NCBI RefSeq assembly: GCF_001598795.1
Contig: NZ_BCZP01000003.1
Span: 240,001 to 272,000, forward strand
DNA length: 32,000 nucleotides
Reading direction: 5' to 3'
Source of the DNA: Delftia acidovorans NBRC 14950
Lineage (GTDB): Bacteria > Pseudomonadota > Gammaproteobacteria > Burkholderiales > Burkholderiaceae_C
In this document: one piece after another, positions 15,848-25,328 of the stretch
Layout of the letters: the number at the start of each line of letters is the position of its first letter
Numbering within the stretch: the first letter of the stretch is position 1
Program-made: the position numbers and the translations under genes
Notes under the pieces: model-generated
The model's database searches: none
Seen by the model: the letters and a program-made list of their open reading frames with translations, nothing else
Told to the model about the DNA's origin: nothing

Positions 15848-16795
15848 TCAGGCAGGCCGGTGCTCCCTGGCGCGCTGCTGCAGCCATGAAGAGAACACGC
15901 GCAGGGCGGGCGCGGGCTGCGCATCGGGCGCCAGGGCCGGCGTGACCAGGTAGTAGGCACGGTTGCCGCGCAGCGGCTGCGGGCAGGCAATGATGAGGTC
16001 GCCGCGCGCCAGTTCCTGCTCGATCAGCATGGGCGGCATCAGCGCCACGCCCAGGCCCTGGCTGGCGGCCACGGCCAGCATGGAGAACAGCTCCAGCCGC
16101 ATGCCGTCCAGCGCGCGCGGCGCGGCCACGCCCATGGCATCGAACCACTGCTGCCAGCCGTAGGGCCGCGTGCTTTGCTGCAGCAGCGGCATCCGGGCCA
16201 CGATGTCCGCCCCCACGGGCAGCCAGGCGCGGCCCGGCTCGCGTGCCTGGGCCGTGGCCAGCAGTTGCGGGCTGCACACGGGCACCACCTCTTCGTCCAT
16301 CAGCCATTGCGCCTGCACACCGGGCCAGCGCGCCACCTGCTCGGGCGTGCCTGCATAGAGCGCGGCGTCGAACACGGTATCGGCAAACAGGAAGGGCCGC
16401 GTCTGCACGTCAATGTGCACCGTGACCTCGGGATGCTCGCGCGCCAGCTGGGGCAGGCGCGGCAGCAGCCAGCGCGTGGCGAAGGTGGGCACGGCCGCCA
16501 GGTTGAGCGGGCCGCCTTCGCCCTGGTGGGCCATGATGTCCAGCGTGTCGCGCTCCAGGCCGTGCAGCCAGCGCGAGACCTGCTGGGCGTACTGCGTGCC
16601 CGCCTCCGTCAGCAGCACGCCGTGGCGCGTGCGCCGGAACAACTGCACGCCCAGGAACTCCTCCAGCGCAATGATCTGGCGCGATACCGCGCTTTGCGTG
16701 AGCGACAGTTCCTGCGCCGCACGCGTGTAGCTGATGTGGCGGGCGGCCGACTCGAAGCAGGCAAGGGCTTGGGTGGATGGCAGGGCTCTACGCAT
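15848..16795 (-). CDS. gcdR: LysR-family (GcvA-like) regulator divergent from gcdH; likely GcdR
   Basis: LPSTQALACFESAARH.SYTRAAQELSLTQSAVSRQI.ALEEFLGV.LF.R is the HTH, followed by a LysR substrate-binding domain. The divergent arrangement with gcdH-gcdG matches the Pseudomonas gcdR-gcdHG organisation. Confidence 0.8.
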   Translation of the reverse strand: MRRALPSTQALACFESAARHISYTRAAQELSLTQSAVSRQIIALEEFLGVQLFRRTRHGVLLTEAGTQYAQQVSRWLHGLERDTLDIMAHQGEGGPLNLAAVPTFATRWLLPRLPQLAREHPEVTVHIDVQTRPFLFADTVFDAALYAGTPEQVARWPGVQAQWLMDEEVVPVCSPQLLATAQAREPGRAWLPVGADIVARMPLLQQSTRPYGWQQWFDAMGVAAPRALDGMRLELFSMLAVAASQGLGVALMPPMLIEQELARGDLIIACPQPLRGNRAYYLVTPALAPDAQPAPALRVFSSWLQQRAREHRPA

Positions 16796-16863
16796 ATCTC
16801 ATGAATTCAACGCACTCCAATGGCACACATCATAGGGAATAACCCGCAACATGGAATCCATAC

Positions 16864-16878
16864 ATGCGCTTTACGCAT
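16864..16878. promoter_or_regulatory. LTTR-box-like dyad ATGCG-N5-CGCAT (T-N11-A) in the gcdR/gcdH divergent promoter region
   Basis: atgcgctttacgcat is a perfect 5-5-5 dyad located between the divergent starts at 16795 and 17036. Confidence 0.4.
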
Positions 16879-17035
16879 TCATGGATGAACAAACATCGTT
16901 TGCGCCGGGCCCAGGCCCGCTTCTAAGATGCAGCGCAACAACGCTACACGGCGGTGGCCTGCCCGGCACCGCGCTGACACCGCACGTGGCAGCGGCTCCC
17001 GCCCTTGACCTCTTTGTTTTTGGAGATACGACACC

Positions 17036-18232
17036 ATGGCCCGCAACAGCTTCCAATGGGATGACCCCTTCCAGCTCGACCAGCAACTGAGCGAAGACGA
17101 GCGCATGATCCGCGACGCGGCCCATGCCTACTGCCAGGAGAAGCTGGCCCCCCGCGTGCTGGAGATGTTCCGCCACGAAAAGTCCGACGTGAGCATCTTC
17201 CGCGAGATGGGCGAGCTGGGCCTGCTGGGCCCCACCATCCCCACGCAGTACGGCGGCGCGGGCCTGAACTACGTCAGCTACGGCCTGGTGGCGCGCGAGA
17301 TCGAGCGCGTGGACTCGGGCTACCGCTCCATGGCCAGCGTGCAAAGCTCGCTGGTGATGGTGCCCATCAATGAATTCGGCACCGAAGACCAGAAGAACAG
17401 GTACCTGCCCAAGCTGGCCAGCGGCGAGTTCATCGGCTGCTTCGGCCTGACCGAACCCGACCACGGCTCCGACCCCGGCAGCATGTCCAGCCGCGCCTAC
17501 AAGGTGGACGGCGGCTACCGCCTCAAGGGCAACAAGATGTGGATCACCAACAGCCCCGTGGCCGACGTGTTCGTGGTCTGGGCCAAGGAAGTGACCGAGG
17601 ACGGCCATGTGGGCGAGATCCGCGGCTTCATCCTGGACAAGGGCATGAAGGGCCTGTCGGCCCCGGCCATCCACGGCAAGGTGGGCCTGCGCGCCTCCAT
17701 CACGGGTGAGATCGTGATGGACGATGTCTTCGTTCCCGAGGAAAACGCCTTCCCCGAGGTGCGCGGCCTCAAGGGCCCCTTCACCTGCCTGAACAGCGCA
17801 CGCTTCGGCATCGCCTGGGGCGCCCTGGGCGCAGCCGAGTTCTGCTGGCACACGGCGCGCCAGTACACGCTGGACCGCAAGCAGTTCGGCCGCCCCCTGG
17901 CTGCCAACCAGTTGATCCAGAAGAAGCTGGCCGACATGCAGACCGAGATCACCCTGGGCCTGCAGGCCGCGCTGCGCGTGGGCCGCATGAAGGACGAGCA
18001 CCAGAACGTGATCGAGATCACCTCGCTGATCAAGCGCAACAACTGCGGCAAGTCGCTGGACATTGCCCGCATGGCGCGCGACATGATGGGTGGCAACGGC
18101 ATCAGCGACGAGTTCGGCGTGGCCCGCCACCTGGTCAACCTGGAAGTGGTCAACACCTACGAGGGCACGCACGATGTGCATGCGCTGATCCTGGGCCGGG
18201 CTCAGACCGGCATCGCAGCTTTTGCCAACTGA
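17036..18232 (+). CDS. gcdH: Glutaryl-CoA dehydrogenase
   Basis: 398-aa acyl-CoA dehydrogenase fold. F.WDDPF.LD.QL.EDERM.RD.A..Y....L.PRV.......[47 protein letters not shown] is a typical GcdH N-terminus. GGAGA lies 8 nt before the ATG. Confidence 0.93.
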   Translation: MARNSFQWDDPFQLDQQLSEDERMIRDAAHAYCQEKLAPRVLEMFRHEKSDVSIFREMGELGLLGPTIPTQYGGAGLNYVSYGLVAREIERVDSGYRSMASVQSSLVMVPINEFGTEDQKNRYLPKLASGEFIGCFGLTEPDHGSDPGSMSSRAYKVDGGYRLKGNKMWITNSPVADVFVVWAKEVTEDGHVGEIRGFILDKGMKGLSAPAIHGKVGLRASITGEIVMDDVFVPEENAFPEVRGLKGPFTCLNSARFGIAWGALGAAEFCWHTARQYTLDRKQFGRPLAANQLIQKKLADMQTEITLGLQAALRVGRMKDEHQNVIEITSLIKRNNCGKSLDIARMARDMMGGNGISDEFGVARHLVNLEVVNTYEGTHDVHALILGRAQTGIAAFAN

Positions 18233-18340
18233 CCCCCTGAGGCGCTTCGCGCCTTCCCCCTTCTCGCTTCGCGGAGGGGGACGACGCCCTCGCCGCGAGG
18301 CGGCTCTTGCTCGGCGTCTCTCGCTTGGGCAGCGTCCGTC
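18233..18340 (+). repeat. REP-like three-hairpin intergenic repeat, copy B (immediately 3' of gcdH)
   Basis: Aligns with 10335-10445. Hairpins are ggcgc-ttc-gcgcc (18241-18253), tccccct...aggggga (18255-18281) and gacgcc...ggcgtc. Confidence 0.75.
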
Positions 18341-18421
18341 TCGCACGCTATGGGGGATGGAAGCTCAAGCACTCAGCTGAACTACCAGCGGCATCGGGCG
18401 CGCTCATATTTCTTCCCTCTC

Positions 18422-19669
18422 ATGTCCTCCACATCCTCCGCGCCGGCCGCATTGGCCGGCATCAAGGTGCTTGATCTTTCCCGCGTGCTGGCCGGGCCCT
18501 GGTGCACGCAGACGCTGGCCGACCTGGGTGCCGATGTGATCAAGGTCGAGCGGCCCGTGGCCGGCGATGACACGCGCCACTGGGGGCCTCCGTTCCTGCC
18601 GCGCGACGATGGGCAGGCCACGCAGGAGGCCAGTTATTTCACGGCCTGCAACCGCAACAAGCGCTCGGTCACCATCGACATGTCCACCCCCGATGGGCAG
18701 CAGCTGATTCGCCAGATGGCGGCAGGGGCCGATGTGCTGGTGGAAAACTTCAAGGTCGGTGGCCTGGCGCAGTACGGGCTGGACTACGAAAGCCTCAAGG
18801 CGCTCAACCCGCGCCTGATCTACTGCTCGGTCACGGGTTTCGGCCAGACCGGCCCGTATGCCGAGCGCGCGGGCTACGACCTCATGGTGCAGGCCATGTG
18901 CGGGCTGATGAGCATCACCGGCCATGCCGACGAGGCGCCCGGAGGCGGCCCGCTCAAGGTGGGCGTGGCCGTGATCGATGTCTTCACGGGCCTGTATGCC
19001 AGCAATGCCATCCTGGCCGCGCTGCATGCGCGCCAGGCCTCGGGCCGGGGCCAGCACATCGACATGGCCCTGCTCGACGTGGGCATGGCCGTGCTGGCCA
19101 ACCAGGCCGCCGGCTTTCTGGCCACGGGCGAATCGCCGGGCCGCGCCGGCAACATCCACCCCAGCCTGGCGCCCTATCAGGACTTCGCCACGGCCAACGG
19201 CAACGTGCTGCTGGCCATTGGCAATGACGGGCAGTTCGCGCGCTTTTGCGCCGCCGTCGGCGAAGCCGGCTGGGCGCAGGACGAGCGCTTTGCCACCAAC
19301 ACCGCCCGCGTGCGCAATCGCCAGGCGCTGCTGGAGCGGATGGTGCCCCTCATGAAGACACGCGGCACGGCCGAATGGATTGCGCTGCTGGAAGACAAGG
19401 CCGTGCCCTGCGGCCCCATCAACACCATCGCCCAGGCCTTCGATGACCCGCAGGTGCGCGCACGCGGCATACGCGTCGAGCTGCCGCGCGAGGCCGGCGA
19501 CGGCATCTCGCGCATCGCCGGCGTGGCCAGCCCCATGCGGCTGAGCGATACCCCGCCCGTGCTGCGCAGCGCACCGCCCTCCCTGGGCCAGCACACCGAT
19601 GAAGTGCTGGGCGAGCTGGGCATTGCGCCCATGGCCATCCAGGCGCTGCGCTCGCGCGGCGTGGTCTGA
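18422..19669 (+). CDS. gcdG: Family III (CaiB/BaiF) CoA-transferase; by context the glutarate CoA-transferase
   Basis: LAGIKVLDLSRVLAGPWCTQ.LADLGADVIKVERP..GDDTR.WGPPF is the family III signature. ATG at 18422. It follows gcdH on the same strand. Confidence 0.8.
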   Translation: MSSTSSAPAALAGIKVLDLSRVLAGPWCTQTLADLGADVIKVERPVAGDDTRHWGPPFLPRDDGQATQEASYFTACNRNKRSVTIDMSTPDGQQLIRQMAAGADVLVENFKVGGLAQYGLDYESLKALNPRLIYCSVTGFGQTGPYAERAGYDLMVQAMCGLMSITGHADEAPGGGPLKVGVAVIDVFTGLYASNAILAALHARQASGRGQHIDMALLDVGMAVLANQAAGFLATGESPGRAGNIHPSLAPYQDFATANGNVLLAIGNDGQFARFCAAVGEAGWAQDERFATNTARVRNRQALLERMVPLMKTRGTAEWIALLEDKAVPCGPINTIAQAFDDPQVRARGIRVELPREAGDGISRIAGVASPMRLSDTPPVLRSAPPSLGQHTDEVLGELGIAPMAIQALRSRGVV

Positions 19670-19806
19670 TCGCCAGCGCCGCGCAACACCGCCTCCACAT
19701 TTCTCAGCCCAAGCACCGCCATACGAATGTCCTAAAGAATCACGCCCTCCCACCCGTCGGTGCCTCACAACAAACGCTCACAACATCCATTCAAGGAGAC
19801 AACACC

Positions 19807-20781
19807 ATGACTCACACCACTCGCATCGCGCTCGCCGGCATCCTCGGCGCCCTCGCGCTGTCGGGCGCAGCCCATGCCCAGGGCTACCCCACCAAACCCA
19901 TCAAGCTGCTCGTGCCCTTCGCGGCTGGCGGCACCACCGACCTGATCGCGCGCATCGTGGCCGAGCCGCTGGGCCGCGCCCTGGGCCAGCCCGTGGTGGT
20001 CGAGAACAAGGGCGGCGGCGGCGGCAGCATCGGCGCGGCCGAGACGGCGCGCTCCCAGCCCGACGGCTACAGCCTGGGCATTGCCACCGTGTCCACCACG
20101 GCCACCAACCCGGCGATCAACCCCAAGATCCCGTACAACGTGCTGACCGACTTCACACCCATCGTGAACATCGCGGCCACGCCCAACATCATTGCGGCCA
20201 ACCCCAAGTTCGCGGGCAAGAACTACCAGGAGTTCCTGGCCGAGGTGAAGAAGAACCCCGGCAAGTACTCCTACGCCTCGCCCGGCAACGGCAGCATCAC
20301 CCATCTGATGATGGAGATGTTCAAGCTGTCCACGGGCACCGACATCACCCACGTGCCCTACCGTGGCAGCGGCCCCGCGCTGAACGACGCCGTGGCCGGC
20401 CAGGTTCCGCTGATCTTCGACAACCTGCCCTCCGCCCTGGGCTTCGTCAAGGAAAAGCGCCTGGTGCCCATCGTGGTGGCCGCGCCCCAGCGCCTGGCAG
20501 CGCTGCCCGATGTGCCCACCTTCAAGGAAGTGGGCCTGGCCCCCGTCAACCGCATGGCCTACTACGGCATCGTCGGCCCCAAGAACCTGCCGCGCGACAT
20601 CGTGGACAAGGTCAACGCCGCCACGCGCAAGGTGCTGCAGGACCCCGCCATCAAGAAGCGCATCGAGGAAACCGGCTCGCTGATCGTGGCCGACACGCCC
20701 GAGCACTTCTTTGAAGAGATCAAGGCCGAACTGGCGGTCTACAAGGACGTGGTGCAAAAGCAGAACCTGACGATGGATTGA
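19807..20781 (+). CDS. Bug-family (TctC-like) tripartite tricarboxylate transporter periplasmic substrate-binding protein
   Basis: A signal peptide ending AHAQ is followed by YPTKPIKLLVPFAAGGTTD..AR..A..L...LGQPVVVENK.G..G.IG, the hallmark Bug N-terminus. AAGGAGA precedes the ATG. Confidence 0.9.
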   Translation: MTHTTRIALAGILGALALSGAAHAQGYPTKPIKLLVPFAAGGTTDLIARIVAEPLGRALGQPVVVENKGGGGGSIGAAETARSQPDGYSLGIATVSTTATNPAINPKIPYNVLTDFTPIVNIAATPNIIAANPKFAGKNYQEFLAEVKKNPGKYSYASPGNGSITHLMMEMFKLSTGTDITHVPYRGSGPALNDAVAGQVPLIFDNLPSALGFVKEKRLVPIVVAAPQRLAALPDVPTFKEVGLAPVNRMAYYGIVGPKNLPRDIVDKVNAATRKVLQDPAIKKRIEETGSLIVADTPEHFFEEIKAELAVYKDVVQKQNLTMD

Positions 20782-20803
20782 GCCTGCGCGTCACCCACCG
20801 ACC

Positions 20804-20829
20804 ATCCCCGCCACGGCGGGGATTTTTTT
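20804..20829 (+). terminator. Intrinsic terminator after the Bug gene
   Basis: atccccgc-cacg-gcggggat followed by the T-run 20823-20829. Confidence 0.8.
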
Positions 20830-21707
20830 CAGGCTTCGCCAGCGGCAGGCGACAGCAACGCCTCGCACACCTCGCACAGGCGCTCAGCCAGACGCCGGCC
20901 CGGCGCCGACAACTGGGCGCGCACGTGCAGTGCCACTTCCACATCAGGCACGGGGGCGAAGCCGGCCATGCCGTCGAGCAGGCGGTGGCCGGGCCCGACC
21001 AGCCGGCGCGGCAGCAGGCTGATGCCCAGGCCCTGCTCCACGGCGGCTTCCAGGCTGTCCAGGCTGGCGCTCACATAGGCCAGGCGCCAGCGCCGGCCGG
21101 CGGCATCCAGCGCATGCGTCATCTCGCTGCGGTACAGGCCGCCCTGCGGAAACACCACCAGGGGCAAGGGATCCATCCCGTGGCAGGGATGCCGCGCACT
21201 GTCTATCCAGGCCAGCGGTTCAGGCCAGCGCGCCATGCCGGGCGTGCTGCCGCTGCGCTGCTTGACGATGGCCAGGTCCAGCTCGCCGGCCTGCAGTTGC
21301 TGCCATATCGCCTGCGACAACCCGCTGGTCAGCTCCAGGCGCAACTGCGGTTGGCTGCGCGCAAGCGCGCCCAAGGCGGGCATCAAGGCATGGCCGGCAA
21401 AGTCCTCGGGAACACCGATGCGCAACACGGCCTCGGTGGCGCCAGCCAACTGCTCCACGGCCTCGTCCATGAGGGCCAGGATGCGTTGCGCATAGGCCAG
21501 CAAGCGCTCTCCTTCCAGCGTGCATTCCACATGGCGCCCGCTGCGGTCCAGCAGCGTGCAGCCCATTTGCTCCTCCAGCCTGCGGATCTGCTGGCTGACC
21601 GTGGACTGGGTCAGGTGCACGCCCTGCGCCGCACGCGTGAAGCTGCCGGTTTCGGCCACGGCGCAGAAGCTGCGCAGCAGGGTGGGGTCTATGGAAGAGG
21701 GCTGCAT
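20829..21707 (-). CDS. LysR-family transcriptional regulator
   Basis: MQPSSIDPTLLRSFCAVAETGSFTRAAQGVHLTQSTVSQQIRRLEEQ.G..LLDR is the HTH, followed by an effector domain. ATG at 21707. Divergent from the deaminase/transporter pair. Confidence 0.85.
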   Translation of the reverse strand: MQPSSIDPTLLRSFCAVAETGSFTRAAQGVHLTQSTVSQQIRRLEEQMGCTLLDRSGRHVECTLEGERLLAYAQRILALMDEAVEQLAGATEAVLRIGVPEDFAGHALMPALGALARSQPQLRLELTSGLSQAIWQQLQAGELDLAIVKQRSGSTPGMARWPEPLAWIDSARHPCHGMDPLPLVVFPQGGLYRSEMTHALDAAGRRWRLAYVSASLDSLEAAVEQGLGISLLPRRLVGPGHRLLDGMAGFAPVPDVEVALHVRAQLSAPGRRLAERLCEVCEALLSPAAGEA

Positions 21708-21824
21708 GGGGCTTGGGCGAATTTCAGTGGCTTTGTCACTGCCCGGCATTTGATCATTTAATTTTCCAATTGATGCCCCCCGTCCTAGACTGCGGCCTCA
21801 GCTCCCGATTGCCCAGCCATCCCC

Positions 21825-22286
21825 ATGCAAGAACAAGAACACATCCGCCTGCTGCGCCATGCCGTGCAGCTGGCGCACGACAACCGCCTGCGGGGCGGCC
21901 GGCCCTTCGGCGCCCTGCTCGCGCGCGAGGGGCAGATCCTGTCCACGGGCGTCAACGAGATCGTGCAAAGCCATGACCCCAGTGCCCATGCCGAAATGCA
22001 GGCGCTGCGCGCAGGCACGCGCGCCCAGGCCAACCCCAGCCTGGCTGGCTGCACCATCTACGCCAGCGGCCACCCCTGCCCCATGTGCCTGGCGGCGCTG
22101 GTGATGGCCGGGGCCGAGCAGGTCTTCTTCGCCTTCGACAACGCGGACGCCCAGCCTTACGGCCTGTCCAGCGAAGGCGCCTACCAGCGGCTGCGCATGC
22201 CGCTGCAGCCGCCACCGCTGCCCCTGACGCGGCTGGACACGGGCATCACGGCGGCCCAGCTGTATGGCAACGCCCCCTGGGCCTGA
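21825..22286 (+). CDS. CDA-fold nucleoside or nucleobase deaminase (guanine-deaminase / TadA-like zinc deaminase)
   Basis: The zinc-binding motifs HAEMQA and PCPMC are present at the correct spacing. 153 aa. Confidence 0.8.
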   Translation: MQEQEHIRLLRHAVQLAHDNRLRGGRPFGALLAREGQILSTGVNEIVQSHDPSAHAEMQALRAGTRAQANPSLAGCTIYASGHPCPMCLAALVMAGAEQVFFAFDNADAQPYGLSSEGAYQRLRMPLQPPPLPLTRLDTGITAAQLYGNAPWA

Positions 22287-22290
22287 AGCC

Positions 22291-23526
22291 ATGTCGTCCA
22301 TTGCGCCCGCACGCACCAAGGAGCCTGCCGCGGCACACGCCATTCCAACGGCGCTGTGGCTGGCCACCGTGGTCCTGGTCACGCTGAACCTGCGTCCGTT
22401 TCTCACGGCCATCGGCCCGCTGGGCCCGCAGATACAGTCCGCCACGGGCATGGATCTGTCCACGCTGTCCTGGCTGACGCTGCTGCCCATGGCGTTGATG
22501 GGCGTGGGCGCCTGGCTGGCCCCGGCCGCGCTGCGGCGCCTGGGTCCGCGCCGCGCCGTGGTCGGGTCTTTGGCGGTGATTGCGCTGGGCTGCGCGCTGC
22601 GCGTGGCGGGCTCCAGTGCGGCCACCCTGCTGGCCACGGCCGCGCTGTGCGGCGCTGGCGTGGCCCTGGTGCAAGGCGTGCTGCCGGGCCTGATCAAGCG
22701 CCAGTCGCCCGCACGCATGGCCCAGATGATGGGGCTGTACTCGGCCGCGCTCATGGGCGGCGGGGCGCTCGGTGCCCAGATTTCGCCGCTGGCCGTGCAA
22801 TGGGGACTGGACTGGCGCTTTGCGCTGGCGCTCTGGACTGCGCCCGCCCTGCTGGCATTGGCGCTGGCGCGGCATGCGCTGCGCGCGTTGCCGGGTCCGG
22901 CGCCCATGGCAGCCCATGCCTCGCAAGACACCGGATGGCTGCGCCAGCGCCCGCGCACCTGGATGCTGATGGCCTGCTTCGGCCTCATCAACGGCGGCTA
23001 TGCGGCCATGGTGGCCTGGCTTGCGCCCTTCTACCAGACGCACGGCTGGAGCCCCGCGCAAAGCGGCGGCCTGGTGGCCCTGCTGTCGGTGGCCCAGGCC
23101 AGCGCCGCGCTGGGACTGCCCGTGCTGGCTTCGCGCCATGCCGACCGGCGGCCGTGGCTGGGGTTCACGCTGCTGTGCCAGATCATCGGCCTGGCCGCGC
23201 TGGCCTGGTGGCCTGATGCAGCGCCGCTGCTCAACATCGTCATCCTCGGCATCGGCCTGGGTGGGTGCTTCGCCTTGATGATGGTGGTGGCGCTGGACCA
23301 TCTTCCCCACCCCACGCAGGCCGGTGCGCTCAACGCACTGATGCAGGGCGGCGGCTTTCTGATTGCGGCGCTGGCGCCCTATGTGATCGCCCGGCTGCAC
23401 CAGTTCACGGGCGGATTCGGCGCCGGCTGGCTGGCCCAGATGGCCGCCGTGCTCGTGGTCTGCGTGCTGGTGTCCCGCCTGGCGCCGCAGCGCTACGCCC
23501 AGGCCATGCGGGCACCCGGCGACTGA
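22291..23526 (+). CDS. MFS transporter, CynX (cyanate-permease-like) family
   Basis: ..LNLRP.LTAIGPL.PQI....G......WLT.LP...MG is the typical CynX-type N-terminus. About 12 TM segments. The start lies 4 nt after the deaminase stop. Confidence 0.75.
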   Translation: MSSIAPARTKEPAAAHAIPTALWLATVVLVTLNLRPFLTAIGPLGPQIQSATGMDLSTLSWLTLLPMALMGVGAWLAPAALRRLGPRRAVVGSLAVIALGCALRVAGSSAATLLATAALCGAGVALVQGVLPGLIKRQSPARMAQMMGLYSAALMGGGALGAQISPLAVQWGLDWRFALALWTAPALLALALARHALRALPGPAPMAAHASQDTGWLRQRPRTWMLMACFGLINGGYAAMVAWLAPFYQTHGWSPAQSGGLVALLSVAQASAALGLPVLASRHADRRPWLGFTLLCQIIGLAALAWWPDAAPLLNIVILGIGLGGCFALMMVVALDHLPHPTQAGALNALMQGGGFLIAALAPYVIARLHQFTGGFGAGWLAQMAAVLVVCVLVSRLAPQRYAQAMRAPGD

Positions 23527-23532
23527 CCCGCT

Positions 23533-24759
23533 TCAGTGCGCCGTTGCCTGGAAGCCGGCCGACCAGCGCACGAAGGCCCAGATGCACCAGGCCAGGCCCA
23601 GCGCCACCAGGCCGCCGCCGATCCAGCCGATGTTCTGCATGCCCGCATGCATGCTGACCTGGCTGCCCAGCAGCGCACCGCCGCCAATGCCGATGTTGAA
23701 GATGCCCGAGAACATGGACATGCCCACATCGGTGGCGTCGGCCGCCAGCTTGAGCACCTGGGACTGCATGGCCAGGGCGAAGCAGATCATGGCGACACCC
23801 CAGACCGAGCTCATCACGTAGAGCGATGCCTCATGGCCCGAGGCCGGCACCAGCATCAGCAGGCTGGCCGACAGCACGCCAATGGCGGCCAGCAGAAAGC
23901 CGCGCGGATGGCGCAGCCCCCACCAGCTGAACATCACGCTGCCCACGATGCCCATGCCGCCGTACAGCAGCAGCACGGCCGTGGTCACCTTGCCCTCGAA
24001 GCCCGCGATGTCCTGCACGAAGGGCTCGATATAGCTGTAGGCCGTGAACTGCCCGGTGATCACGACCACCAGCAGGATGTAGATGGACAGCAGCGCCGGG
24101 CGGCGCAGCAGCATGGGCACGCTGGCCAGGTTGCCCGCGTTCTCGCTGGGCAGGCGCGGCAGCAGCCGGGCCAGGGCCACCATGACGATGGCGGCCACCC
24201 CGCCCACGGCCAGGAACGTCGTGCGCCAGCCCAGCCATTCGCCCACGATGCGGCCCAGCGGAATGCCCAGCACCATGGCCATGGAGGTGCCGGTGGCCAG
24301 CAGGCTCAGCGCCACGGCCTTCCTGCCGGGCGGCGCCACGCGCACGGCCAGCGAGGCGGTGATGGACCAGAACACCGCGTGCGACAGCGCAATGCCGATG
24401 CGGCTGACCATGAGCGAGGCAAAGCTCCAGGCCACGCCCGACAGCACATGGCTGGCCACGAACAGCGCGAACACGCCCATCAGCAGCTTGCGCCGCTCCA
24501 CATTGCGCGTGAGCAGCATGAAGGGCAGCGAGGCCAGGGCCACGATCCAGGCATAGATGGTCAGCATCAGCCCGACCTGCTCGGTGGGCATGCCAAAGCT
24601 CGCGCCAATGCTGCTGAGCAGGCCCACGGGCACGAACTCGGTGGTATTGAAGACGAAGGCGCCCAGCGCCAGCGCGATCACGCTGAGCCACGCCTGGGCG
24701 GCCGTGGGTGTGGATGACGCGGAAACGGAGCCGGCCGCAGCGGAGACGGAAGGGGGCAT
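23533..24759 (-). CDS. sotB: MFS sugar efflux transporter SotB-like
   Basis: The translation closely resembles E. coli SotB as I recall it: [48 protein letters not shown]...F..F.ASHVLS...[24 protein letters not shown]...ALSL.ATGT..AMVLG.PLGRIVG...GWR.TF. Confidence 0.88.
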   Translation of the reverse strand: MPPSVSAAAGSVSASSTPTAAQAWLSVIALALGAFVFNTTEFVPVGLLSSIGASFGMPTEQVGLMLTIYAWIVALASLPFMLLTRNVERRKLLMGVFALFVASHVLSGVAWSFASLMVSRIGIALSHAVFWSITASLAVRVAPPGRKAVALSLLATGTSMAMVLGIPLGRIVGEWLGWRTTFLAVGGVAAIVMVALARLLPRLPSENAGNLASVPMLLRRPALLSIYILLVVVITGQFTAYSYIEPFVQDIAGFEGKVTTAVLLLYGGMGIVGSVMFSWWGLRHPRGFLLAAIGVLSASLLMLVPASGHEASLYVMSSVWGVAMICFALAMQSQVLKLAADATDVGMSMFSGIFNIGIGGGALLGSQVSMHAGMQNIGWIGGGLVALGLAWCIWAFVRWSAGFQATAH

Positions 24760-24783
24760 GGGGAACGTGGGGCCTTTTTTGTT

Positions 24784-24803
24784 GCAGCGCAATATTGTGC
24801 TGC
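24784..24803. promoter_or_regulatory. 20-bp near-perfect palindrome GCAGCGCAATATTGTGCTGC just upstream of sotB; candidate operator
   Basis: The two half-sites are complementary at 9 of 10 positions, centred on AATATT, 25 nt upstream of the ATG at 24759. Confidence 0.3.
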
Positions 24804-24859
24804 GCCATGCGACCGCCTGATGTCAGCTGCCGCGCAGGCCCCAGTGCCGCCAGGGAGAC

Positions 24860-25249
24860 TCAGGCGGGCGGCAGGTGGCAGACGGCCTCGATGTTGTGGC
24901 CGTCGGGGTCGAGCACGAAGGCCGCGTAATAGTCGTCGTGGTAGTGCGGTCGCAGGCCGGGCTCGCCGTTGCAGCGCCCGCCTGCCGCCAGGGCCGCCGC
25001 ATGGAAGTCATCGACCATGTGGCGGTTGTCCACGCGGAAGGCCACATGGATGGGCGGCTGGTTGGGCGTGCCCCCGCTGATCCAGAAATCGGGCTTGGGC
25101 GGCTCGCCGAAGCCCGCAGTGTCCGTATGGCCCGTGACTTCGGCAGAAAGCTCCATGAGGATTTCATAGCCCAGCGGCGCCAGGGCGCGTGCATAGAAAT
25201 CCTTGCTGCGCTCGAAATCCGATACGAGGATTCCCGTGTGGTCGATCAT
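24860..25249 (-). CDS. VOC-family (glyoxalase/bleomycin-resistance fold) protein
   Basis: MIDHTGILVSDFERSKDFY..AL.PLGY.............GFG....P.FWI........HVAF.......V..FH.AAL.AGG...G.PG.RP.YH..YYAAFV.DPDG.NIEAV. Confidence 0.8.
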   Translation of the reverse strand: MIDHTGILVSDFERSKDFYARALAPLGYEILMELSAEVTGHTDTAGFGEPPKPDFWISGGTPNQPPIHVAFRVDNRHMVDDFHAAALAAGGRCNGEPGLRPHYHDDYYAAFVLDPDGHNIEAVCHLPPA

Positions 25250-25328
25250 GGCTGTGCTCCTGCCTGTTCATGACGGACACCAGCATGCCATGGAGACCGC
25301 TGCGGCACCAGTGGACTGGCGCAGGTGT

